Both the position numbers and the translations under genes were made by a program. Below, one piece after another: positions 1 to 7,372 of a DNA stretch of 64,000 bases. Where the stretch lies: NCBI GenBank assembly GCA_964354795.1, contig CAYHBB010000040.1, positions 12,593-76,592 on the forward strand, given 5' to 3'. This stretch comes from an uncultured Planctomycetales bacterium. GTDB lineage: Bacteria > Omnitrophota > Gorgyraeia > Gygaellales > Profunditerraquicolaceae. Every line of letters starts with the position of its first letter. The first letter of the stretch is position 1. The notes under the pieces were generated by a model. It worked only from the letters and a program-made list of their open reading frames with translations, searched no databases and was not told the DNA's origin.

Positions 1-176
1 GAAATAGGGTACCAGCTTTTACCAAATAAAAAAGCCAAAGGGCTGACTATCTTAAACACAGCCAGCCCCTCCTTGAGCAAAAAAAGAAATATCAGCACCA
101 CAAAGAAGATAGAAGCCAATCCGCAGATAAGGATCAGCTTCTCAATAATGAACTCTTTAAACTTACGGGAAGTCAT
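1..176 (-). CDS. pstC: phosphate ABC transporter permease PstC, N-terminal fragment (runs off window edge)
   Basis: The minus-strand frame from ATG at 176-174 reads MTSRKFKEFIIEKLILICGLASIFFVVLIFLFLLKEGLAVFKIVSPLAFLFGKSWYPI... This is a TM helix followed by a GKxWxP motif, as in PstC N-termini. The start overlaps the pstS stop (ATGA junction at 173-176). It is not in the ORF track because it is under 60 aa within the window. Confidence 0.5.
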   Translation of the reverse strand, partial: MTSRKFKEFIIEKLILICGLASIFFVVLIFLFLLKEGLAVFKIVSPLAFLFGKSWYPI

Positions 177-1021
177 TTTATGGGAACAAAATCCGTTTTC
201 AAAACGATCTCCTGACCCTCTTTGGAAAGCGCGTAATCCACAAACTTTTTCACCGCATCCTTTGGTTCTCCGTTGCTATACATTAACAAAGGCCTGGATA
301 TGGGGTACTTTCCGCTGATGACATTTTCGATGATCGGTTTAACGAATTCAGATTTATCATCTTTAGCAACTAAAATAGCTTTCTGCTTAACAGAAACATA
401 CCCCATTCCGTAATAGCCGATAGCCGAAGGATTTCCCGCTACCTCATCTGCAATAGCCTGAGAAGAGGAAAGCATCAACGCCTGAGGAGCAAACTCCTCC
501 TTGCTGGCAGGATCATTCTTCCTTAAAACGTGCTCCTTAAAATAAACATGCGTACCGGAATTAACTTCGCGGGAAAGTATGACAATCTTGAGGTCCTTGC
601 CTCCGACATCCTTCCAATTAGTTATTTTTCCTGTAAAAATATCCGCCAACTGCTGTGCAGTCAAGCTACTCACTGAATTCTGAGGATTCACCACCACTGC
701 CAAGCCATCAAGGCCGACTTTAATCTCATAAGGGTTAATGCCCTTAGCCTTAGCCAAATCTATTTCTTTGGACTTGATGTTACGAGAGCTCATGGCAATA
801 TCGCATGTACCGCTGATCAAGCTGGATAACCCGGTGCCCGATCCGCCACCGGTGACTGCCACAAAAGCGCCAGGATTTTCTTCCATGTATTTCTCAGCCC
901 AAGCCTGACCGAGATTAACCATGGTGTCTGAACCCTTGATTTGTATAGAATTCTTCGGTCCTGCAGCAAATGAAGCTCCAGCGAACATCATAAGAACAAG
1001 TATTAAGAAAAGTTTTTTCAT
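173..1021 (-). CDS. pstS: phosphate ABC transporter substrate-binding protein PstS
   Basis: 282 aa with a signal peptide (MKKLFLILVLMMFAGASFA). It is a PBP-fold protein carrying the PstS-family motifs GSDTMVNLGQAWAEKY and TGGGSGTG. It lies directly upstream of the pstC fragment and in a Pho-regulon neighbourhood. Confidence 0.85.
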   Translation of the reverse strand: MKKLFLILVLMMFAGASFAAGPKNSIQIKGSDTMVNLGQAWAEKYMEENPGAFVAVTGGGSGTGLSSLISGTCDIAMSSRNIKSKEIDLAKAKGINPYEIKVGLDGLAVVVNPQNSVSSLTAQQLADIFTGKITNWKDVGGKDLKIVILSREVNSGTHVYFKEHVLRKNDPASKEEFAPQALMLSSSQAIADEVAGNPSAIGYYGMGYVSVKQKAILVAKDDKSEFVKPIIENVISGKYPISRPLLMYSNGEPKDAVKKFVDYALSKEGQEIVLKTDFVPIK

Positions 1022-1033
1022 AGTTCCTCCTTA

Positions 1034-1702
1034 TTAAAAAGATAGTTTAAATTTTGTGCCTAAAACGTTATTCTCTTTCCAAACGCCGGCGCTTTTCGAA
1101 CTCTGCAGCATATAATAAATGTCGCCGCTTAAGTTCTTGAATATCTTCATAGTCAACCCACCTGAGAGCCTGTTCTGATTGAACCCGCTCCATCCGGCAA
1201 ATCTCACAAAGATCTCTTCCGCCATATACGGCTGAATCTCAAGTTTCGTGAATTTCCAGGGTAGCTTCATGGTTAACTTGTTGCGGTATGACCAGGAATC
1301 ATGCTGATACACATAATGCTTATATTCCAGGCGGCTACGGGAATCCATTGCGCACCCCGCGAAATTCCAGTAAACGGTCCCGGTTACAAATGGCTGATTC
1401 TCCCCTTTCCATTTGCCGCTTTTTAGCTCCAGCACCTGGCGGTAACCTGCTCCCAACTGCAGCCATTTCTTAAGCTTGTAAAAATATCCTATATCGTAAT
1501 GCTGGTAAAAGAACTGGTTGGCGTTGTCCCCCCAGCGCAACTCCTGCTCCAGGCCTATCTTGGAATTATCGCTGATCTTGAGCTCTTCGGTATCGGTATT
1601 CCATACCTGAAAATCATGGTTGTCATAAGCATGCGCCCAGCCGAAAAATAGTAAACTTATAGCAGCGATTAGAAAAACTTTTTTTACCATCAATTCCTCC
1701 AT
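1034..1702 (-). CDS. putative outer-membrane beta-barrel protein or porin (signal peptide, C-terminal ...FKLSF)
   Basis: 222 aa with an N-terminal signal peptide. Hydrophilic and aromatic residues alternate as in beta-barrel outer-membrane proteins. The terminal aromatic residue (F) is typical of OMP sorting signals. The gene sits 12 nt upstream of pstS and is probably co-transcribed with it. An SD GGAGGAA lies before the ATG. Confidence 0.5.
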   Translation of the reverse strand: MEELMVKKVFLIAAISLLFFGWAHAYDNHDFQVWNTDTEELKISDNSKIGLEQELRWGDNANQFFYQHYDIGYFYKLKKWLQLGAGYRQVLELKSGKWKGENQPFVTGTVYWNFAGCAMDSRSRLEYKHYVYQHDSWSYRNKLTMKLPWKFTKLEIQPYMAEEIFVRFAGWSGFNQNRLSGGLTMKIFKNLSGDIYYMLQSSKSAGVWKENNVLGTKFKLSF

Positions 1703-1758
1703 TCTTAATATCTTGTAATTAATAATATACTATCTCTGTGATACCGACGTTAAGCCTA

Positions 1759-1780
1759 TGTAAAATCTATGTAAAATCAC
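1759..1780 (-). promoter_or_regulatory. candidate PhoP/PhoB box upstream of the porin-pstS-pstC operon
   Basis: The minus strand reads GATTTTACATAGATTTTACA, which is TTTACA-N5-TTTACA with 11-bp periodicity. It lies 57-78 nt upstream of the porin ATG. A PhoB-like regulator and PhoR-like kinase are encoded 4 kb away. Confidence 0.4.
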
Positions 1781-1840
1781 CTCCCTCCATAGAAAATGGA
1801 GCACCAACTTTTCCGTCCCACAAGGGACGCACTTGGCAAT

Positions 1841-1879
1841 CACTTATGCCAAGGTGCTATAAAGCCAGGTGTTTCGCAG
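1841..1879. repeat. related partial copy of the palindromic element (shares ctataaagccaggtg) fused to a different hairpin
   Basis: Plus strand cacttggcaatcacttatgccaaggtgctataaagccaggtg. The 15-nt core ctataaagccaggtg (1865-1879) is shared with copies A and B. The upstream arm is replaced by a different hairpin, cacttggc...gccaaggtg. Confidence 0.5.
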
Positions 1880-1960
1880 TAAGTGGAACTTATTTTCTAA
1901 GACTGGGTTGTATCATCAGCTAAAGTATAACGAATAGCGATTAAATCGGCTTGAAGGGGA

Positions 1961-1980
1961 TGTAAAATCAAAGTAAAAGA
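1961..1980 (-). promoter_or_regulatory. second PhoP/PhoB-box-like direct repeat (overlaps the greA terminator U-tract)
   Basis: The minus strand reads CTTTTACTTTGATTTTACA (TTTACT-N5-TTTACA, 11-bp period). Caveat: it coincides with the U-rich tail of the greA terminator. Confidence 0.25.
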
Positions 1981-2011
1981 AAACCCCGCTTCTTCTTACG
2001 AAAAAACGGGG
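1969..2011 (-). terminator. intrinsic terminator downstream of greA
   Basis: Plus strand 1983-2011 is ccccgcttcttcttacgaaaaaacggggg. On the minus-strand RNA this gives a CCCCG...CGGGG-stemmed hairpin followed by UUUUCUUUUACUUU (1969-1982). It lies 22 nt after the greA stop. Confidence 0.5.
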
Positions 2012-2032
2012 GTAAATGGGGCTAAAAGAGGG

Positions 2033-2506
2033 TTATACTCGAGAAATACCTAAAATCCTATACTTAAGCGTTCCGGCAGGGATCTTGATATCGACTACAT
2101 CGCCGACCTTATGATTCAACAGACCGCTGCCAACGGGAGAGGCAATCGAAATCTTATTTTGAGCGTAATCCGCTTCTTCGCCAGAAACTAGCATATACTC
2201 CAGCTCTTCATCAGTATCCATATCCTTAAGCTTAACAGTAGCACCTATTAAAACTTCATCGCTTGACATCTCATGATCATCGAGTATGCGCGCACCCGCT
2301 AACTTATTCTCTAGCTCTACAATACGCTTCTCATTCATGCCTTGGGCATCCTTGGCAGCGTCATATTCGGCATTTTCCGAAATATCACCCTGCGCACGGG
2401 CTAAACCTATTGCCTTAGATAACTCCCTGCGCTTAGTAGTCTTTAAATGCTCTAGCTCTTCCATTAGCTTCTGATGGCCTTTCTTAGTCAAATATATTTC
2501 GCTCAT
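2033..2506 (-). CDS. greA: transcription elongation factor GreA
   Basis: 157 aa. The N-terminal coiled-coil and C-terminal FKBP-like domain align over their full length to the GreA/GreB family (LTKKGHQKLMEELEHLK...; C-terminus ...VGDVVDIKIPAGTLKYRILGI). Confidence 0.9.
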   Translation of the reverse strand: MSEIYLTKKGHQKLMEELEHLKTTKRRELSKAIGLARAQGDISENAEYDAAKDAQGMNEKRIVELENKLAGARILDDHEMSSDEVLIGATVKLKDMDTDEELEYMLVSGEEADYAQNKISIASPVGSGLLNHKVGDVVDIKIPAGTLKYRILGISRV

Positions 2507-2533
2507 CTTTTAAACCCCTTTTGTAGGAAACAA

Positions 2534-2562
2534 AACACTGGCTTATCCTATAAAGCCAGGTG
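2534..2562. repeat. 29-bp palindromic intergenic element, copy A (between phoR and greA)
   Basis: aacactggcttatcctataaagccaggtg. The arms cactggctt / aagcca(g)gtg form a 9-bp stem with a 1-nt bulge and an 8-nt loop. On the minus-strand RNA it is followed by UUUUGUUUCC. It is identical to copy B at 26894-26922. Confidence 0.7.
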
Positions 2563-4371
2563 CATTCCTTTACTAATAGTAAACCAAAATTTGGAACCCA
2601 GCCCCTCAATGCTCTCGACACCCACGCTTCCGCCGTGGAGTTCAGCGATATGCTTGACTATTGATAGCCCAAGACCAGTTCCACCCATCTCCCGAGAACG
2701 CGCCTTATCCACCCGGTAAAAACGCTCAAAGATTCGTGGGATATCTTTTGCGGGAATACCTATGCCGGTATCTTCCACAAAAACCTTAAGTACATCCTGA
2801 CTGTCATCAGCATAAATCTTAATATTACCGCCATCTTTATTAAACTTTAAGGCATTATCCAATAGATTCGTTATCACCTGTTCCACTCTATTACGATCTG
2901 CCCGCACCATCAAAAACGCAGGCAAACCGTTAGTAATCTCAATATTTTTCTTCTTAAGCTGCGAGTTAAATCCGAATACTACCTGCCCAACCAGTTCCCT
3001 AAGATTAAAATCTTCCTTTCTTAAAACGATTTCCCTTGATTCCATAGAAGATAAATCCAATAAGTCGTTGATCAGGTTATTCAACCTATCCGCATGATTC
3101 TGGATTATCTTTAAGAACTGCCGGCCATGCTCTTGGTCATCCATGGCCCCCTCTAATAGCGTCTCTACAAATCCCTTAATCGAAGTAAGCGGAGTCTTGA
3201 GCTCATGGGAAACGTTAGCCACAAAGTCACGGCGCATTGACTCCAATTTTCTTATTTCGGTTATATCGTGTATCACCACCAGACACCCAATCACACTATT
3301 CTTTTCAAAAATAGGCGTGGCGTTGAGCTGAAATATCCGCTGGACCGGCCAAACAAGATTAAGCTCTCGCGACAGAGCTTTGCCGCCTTTTAACACCTCA
3401 TTGATGATCTCAGAAATATCGTTATTTGGGATTGCTTGCAGAAATAGCTTATTCTCGGCCTCCTGCCGGGAAACGCTAAATATCTTCTCAATACTATGAT
3501 TGAGCGAGACAATGTGGCCATTTTTGTCAAGAACCACTACCCCCTCGATCATACTATTTAAAATTGCTCCCAGATGCTGGTTTTGCCTAGTGATCTGGCT
3601 AATTTTATCCTCTATATCCTGGGCCATCTTGTTTAAGGTCAAGGCGAGTTCTGCGATTTCATCATGCGAACCATTAGGTATCCTGCGACTAAAATCTCCA
3701 TGAGAGAACTTTTGAGAAACCAGAATAATCTTGTTAATCGGAGCAAGCAAGGCACGCGCTAATAAAGTACCGAAGACAAGAGCAAGAATCAGGCCAAAAA
3801 GGATACCAACAAAAATAGTTTTACGAACCGCAGAAAGGTTGTTTTGAATATTAGTCAGAGGAAGCGATAATCTTAAGACCCCTTTTATCCCGTAGCTATC
3901 TTTAATTGGCAAAGCAACATAAAACATGTCCATTTTAAGCGTCGATGAGTAACGAATACTATCCCCCACCTCGCCGCTTAACGCCTGTCTGACCTCCGGA
4001 CGGAATAAGTGGTTTTCTAATGACTGTCCATCCCGCAACGGATCTTCGGAATCATTAAGAACTACCCCCTTACTATCAATAACAGTAATACGACATTTTG
4101 CCTGTTGACGCAGTTTTTTGATGTAAGCATCCAGCGAACCGGCATTATCAGACCCCGGGAACTTAGCCTTAACCTGATCTTCGATAAGATAAGCCTGGTT
4201 AATAAGGGAAGACCTGATCTCCTGCAGAGAATTTTCTTCGAGTCGCTTATCAAGGAAAAAAGCGACCAAGCTAAAAGCCCCTATGATAACAAAAACATAG
4301 GAAAGAAAAAGCTTGTTTTTAAAACTGCACCTGCGAAAAAACATAGATTTTTTATCTTGACCTGATGGCAA
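2548..4371 (-). CDS. phoR: sensor histidine kinase, PhoR-like (TM-HAMP-PAS-HisKA-HATPase)
   Basis: 607 aa with a TM anchor, a second TM helix, a HAMP domain, a PAS-like segment, an H-box FVANVSHELKTPLTSI, an N-box LLDNALKF, a G1 box VEDTGIGIP and a G2 box GGTGLGLSIV. It is adjacent to phoU, pit and phoB. It overlaps phoU by 20 nt. Confidence 0.85.
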   Translation of the reverse strand: MPSGQDKKSMFFRRCSFKNKLFLSYVFVIIGAFSLVAFFLDKRLEENSLQEIRSSLINQAYLIEDQVKAKFPGSDNAGSLDAYIKKLRQQAKCRITVIDSKGVVLNDSEDPLRDGQSLENHLFRPEVRQALSGEVGDSIRYSSTLKMDMFYVALPIKDSYGIKGVLRLSLPLTNIQNNLSAVRKTIFVGILFGLILALVFGTLLARALLAPINKIILVSQKFSHGDFSRRIPNGSHDEIAELALTLNKMAQDIEDKISQITRQNQHLGAILNSMIEGVVVLDKNGHIVSLNHSIEKIFSVSRQEAENKLFLQAIPNNDISEIINEVLKGGKALSRELNLVWPVQRIFQLNATPIFEKNSVIGCLVVIHDITEIRKLESMRRDFVANVSHELKTPLTSIKGFVETLLEGAMDDQEHGRQFLKIIQNHADRLNNLINDLLDLSSMESREIVLRKEDFNLRELVGQVVFGFNSQLKKKNIEITNGLPAFLMVRADRNRVEQVITNLLDNALKFNKDGGNIKIYADDSQDVLKVFVEDTGIGIPAKDIPRIFERFYRVDKARSREMGGTGLGLSIVKHIAELHGGSVGVESIEGLGSKFWFTISKGMHLAL

Positions 4372-5020
4372 CGACTTTTATGAAATCAGCCGCATCCTCA
4401 ATTTTATCCGTTACCCCTTCAAGATACTCAGCAAGCTGATAGCTCAACAATAGGCTGATAGGCTCTAGTTTTGCGTGAATAATCGACTCTATAAGAAGCT
4501 GCTTCTGGTCATCCGCCTCATGCTCAAAGCGATCAATCTCCTCGCAATCTATAAGCGCCTTCTTAAGATCATTCTTGGCCAGCCCATTGATCGCCTCCTG
4601 CAGCTTAGTAATCGAATCGATGATCGTCCCAGTCGCGGTAGTCATATTCTTGAGAACATTCTCCGGAAGCTTCTGCTCGATAAACCCGAGGATTCTGGCT
4701 GCGCCGTTGGTCCAGTCGGCGATTTTATCAAGAGTTTTGACGAAATGCATAAGATCTTCCCGGTCAGGAGGATTGAGTAGACTCTCGGAAAGCTCTTTTA
4801 CCATTTTAGAGCGCAAGAGGTCAGCCTGATGTTCGCCTTCACGCACTTTTCCAATGGCAACCGCCTTAGCGCTGATATCCCCTTTTGTAAACGCGCTTAC
4901 CGCTTCAGCAAAAAATTTCACTGTCTTACATGTTTCCTCGACATGCTTCTGCGCATCCTTGATGATCGAAAGCTCCTCTGCCATCCCTAACCAACCTAGA
5001 ATATTCCTCATTTCTTTCAT
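4352..5020 (-). CDS. phoU: phosphate signalling complex protein PhoU
   Basis: 222 aa all-helical protein with the duplicated PhoU repeat and acidic E/D-rich motifs. It lies between the PiT transporter and the PhoR-like kinase. Confidence 0.8.
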   Translation of the reverse strand: MKEMRNILGWLGMAEELSIIKDAQKHVEETCKTVKFFAEAVSAFTKGDISAKAVAIGKVREGEHQADLLRSKMVKELSESLLNPPDREDLMHFVKTLDKIADWTNGAARILGFIEQKLPENVLKNMTTATGTIIDSITKLQEAINGLAKNDLKKALIDCEEIDRFEHEADDQKQLLIESIIHAKLEPISLLLSYQLAEYLEGVTDKIEDAADFIKVVAIRSR

Positions 5021-5022
5021 CT

Positions 5023-6009
5023 CTATCCTCCTATTTTAAAAAATACGTAAAGTCCCTTAAGTACCAGGAAACTGATTATGCCTGAGATAAACGGAGTCGC
5101 TAGCCAACAGATGATGATTTCTTTCATAATCGACAAATTTACCACTCTCACACCCTTGACTAATCCTACGCCAAAAATTGCCCCAACAATAGAATGGCTT
5201 GTGGAAACCGGTATACCAAAAATCGTATACACATGTACGTTTATAGCGCTGGCGAGTTGCGCGGAAAAAGCCATGATCGGCAGAAGGCTGGTGATTCCCG
5301 ATCCGATAGTCTCGATGACTTTGTATCCCCAAGTCATAATGCCTAATACTATCGCTAACCCCCCGATTAAAATACTGGCATTGACAGAAAGGACACCGGC
5401 GCCGGCGATAACGCCTACTGAGTTGGCGACATCATTTGCGCCCCAAGTAAAAGCAACGTAACAACCGCTGACAATGATCAAGGCCGAAAGAATAAACCTT
5501 AAGTATCTACGCGGAATAATCCGGTAGAAGATATTCTTAAAAATCCGATAAAAAATATATCCTAAGACCGCAGCCCCAATAGGGGTAAAAATCCAACAGA
5601 CAAAAATATCTCCTATCACCTTCCATTTTACCGGAGCGCCTATCGCCAATCCTCCGCCTGCGACAGCTCCAACGATAGAGTGACTAGTAGAAATAGGCAT
5701 CTTCCAATACGTGGCCAGGACTACCCAAACGCATGCCGCAAAAGAAGCTACCAGCGCAAGATAAATCGACAGATCTTTCTGCAGTGTATCCATCGGTACG
5801 ATTCCTTTACCGATGGTCTTGACGACATTCGACCCCTGAAAATAAGCACCTAAAAAACCGAATATCGCAATCAAAACAATCGCCTGGCGCAGGTTAATAA
5901 CGCGCGAGCCCACTGCAGTACCCATGGAATTCGCGGCGTCATTGGCCCCTATAGACCAGCCAACAGCAATGCCCATCAAAATAGTGATGCCAACCAAGAA
6001 AATAAACAT
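5023..6009 (-). CDS. pit: inorganic phosphate transporter, PiT family (PHO4)
   Basis: 328 aa polytopic membrane protein. It has the two diagnostic GANDxANS signatures, GANDAANSMGTAVGS and GANDVANSVGVIAG. Confidence 0.9.
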   Translation of the reverse strand: MFIFLVGITILMGIAVGWSIGANDAANSMGTAVGSRVINLRQAIVLIAIFGFLGAYFQGSNVVKTIGKGIVPMDTLQKDLSIYLALVASFAACVWVVLATYWKMPISTSHSIVGAVAGGGLAIGAPVKWKVIGDIFVCWIFTPIGAAVLGYIFYRIFKNIFYRIIPRRYLRFILSALIIVSGCYVAFTWGANDVANSVGVIAGAGVLSVNASILIGGLAIVLGIMTWGYKVIETIGSGITSLLPIMAFSAQLASAINVHVYTIFGIPVSTSHSIVGAIFGVGLVKGVRVVNLSIMKEIIICWLATPFISGIISFLVLKGLYVFFKIGG

Positions 6010-6701
6010 TATTCTTCCTCTTGAAAGCGGTAACCGTAATTCTTTACCGTCATAATATACCTGGACTCTGATTTTAGCTTCTTGCGCAGCGACCTAATAT
6101 GCACATCTACGGTGCGGGTCTGGATCTCAATAGCGTGGTCATACCCCCAGATTGTATCCAATAAATAATCGCGCGAAAGCATCCTGCCCTTGGCTTTTAT
6201 TAGAGTCCTTAAAAGTTCGAATTCTTTTGCCGTAAGCGCTACCACCCTATCCTTCACCCGGACCTCTATCTTTGAGAAATCAATGCTCAGATCACCTATC
6301 CTTAAGACTTCCGGAAGTTTATCTTTTTCCTGGGCCCGGCGTAAAACCGCCTTGACCCGGGCAAGAAGCTCTCTAACGCTAAAAGGCTTGGTCACGTAAT
6401 CATCCGCTCCTAGCTCTAACCCAACCACCTTGTCTGACTCCTGACTCTTAGCAGTGACCATGATCACAGGAATACTTGCAGTCTTGGATTCCTTCTTAAG
6501 CTGCTTACAGACTTCCAGACCGTCAATCCCGGGAAGCATAAGGTCCAGTAAAATAAGATCCGGTCGCTCGGAATGCGCCATTTCAATAGCATCTTCTCCG
6601 TCGCGCGCGCAAACAGTTCGGTATCCTTCTTTCTTAAGGTTATACTCTACCATCTTCAAAATATCCTTATCATCTTCAACAATAAGAATCTTTTCTTTCA
6701 T
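6009..6701 (-). CDS. phoB: OmpR/PhoB-family response regulator
   Basis: 230 aa. It has a REC domain (ILIVEDDKDI...DLMLPGIDG...K) and a C-terminal winged-helix trans_reg_C domain (RLLARVKAVLRR...LTAKEFELL...GYRF). It overlaps pit by 1 nt and the queG-like gene by 4 nt. Confidence 0.9.
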   Translation of the reverse strand: MKEKILIVEDDKDILKMVEYNLKKEGYRTVCARDGEDAIEMAHSERPDLILLDLMLPGIDGLEVCKQLKKESKTASIPVIMVTAKSQESDKVVGLELGADDYVTKPFSVRELLARVKAVLRRAQEKDKLPEVLRIGDLSIDFSKIEVRVKDRVVALTAKEFELLRTLIKAKGRMLSRDYLLDTIWGYDHAIEIQTRTVDVHIRSLRKKLKSESRYIMTVKNYGYRFQEEE

Positions 6702-7372
6702 TTATTTTTACCTTTGCAAACATTCACGCATACTCCGCAAATATACTGGTCAACTAGCTTTTGCCTCTGAAAATCTTTGAGCTTCTCAAGACACTTTGCG
6801 CGATCAAAATCCCTGCTTTCTTCTTTTATCGCCTGAGCCGGACAGGCTGAAACGCAAAGCCTGCAGGTATCGCAACCGTCTTTTGCCGGTTTATCCAACT
6901 TTAACGGCATATCCGTAAGAATAGTGGCCAAGCGGAACTGGCTGCCCAACCTCTTGCTCACCAAAAGATTATTCCTGCCTATCCAGCCCAGACCGGCTAA
7001 AACCCCCAAATGCCGGTGGGATAGATGCGCGGTCTGATTTTCCCAATCCACAATAATGGATGCCGGGATTTGTAGTGCCCTGAAACCTTTACTCTGAATA
7101 TAATTACTTACCTTGAGCGCGGACTGATCCAAAAAAGCATTCACTGTACGATAATGATGAAAATAAAGCCTAGTAGGAGCGCTAGTGATTTCTTCCAGGA
7201 TACTTGAGGAAAGTCTGACACCCAGGCATACTGCCTTATCCAGCTTTTTTAAAACATCTTTAGAAACCTTGATGTGCTCTTTTATGCCGGATATATCCCC
7301 TACCCCGAAAAGCTCTATGCCTAAATTCTGGCAGTATTTTTTAAGCGAATTATACGCGGTTACTTTACTCAT
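6698..7372 (-). CDS. queG: epoxyqueuosine reductase QueG-like protein (short form, 4Fe-4S)
   Basis: 224 aa. The motif WENQTAHLSHRHLGVLAGLGWIGRNNLLVSKRLGSQFRLATILTDMPL resembles the QueG cobalamin/DUF1730 core. There is one CxxCxxCxxxCP ferredoxin motif (CDTCRLCVSACP) plus a C-terminal CGVCVNVC. It is shorter than canonical QueG (~350-380 aa). It sits next to mnmG, another tRNA wobble-modification enzyme. Confidence 0.6.
   Translation of the reverse strand: MSKVTAYNSLKKYCQNLGIELFGVGDISGIKEHIKVSKDVLKKLDKAVCLGVRLSSSILEEITSAPTRLYFHHYRTVNAFLDQSALKVSNYIQSKGFRALQIPASIIVDWENQTAHLSHRHLGVLAGLGWIGRNNLLVSKRLGSQFRLATILTDMPLKLDKPAKDGCDTCRLCVSACPAQAIKEESRDFDRAKCLEKLKDFQRQKLVDQYICGVCVNVCKGKNK

Noticed and set aside
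73-318. Plus-strand 81-aa ORF overlapping pstS/pstC
   Set aside because: It lies antisense to two well-supported transport genes and has no recognisable features.
1961-1980. Second Pho-box-like repeat as an independent regulatory site
   Set aside because: This is only partly rejected. It overlaps the U-rich tail of the greA intrinsic terminator, which alone could explain the T-rich periodic sequence. It is kept as a low-confidence feature.
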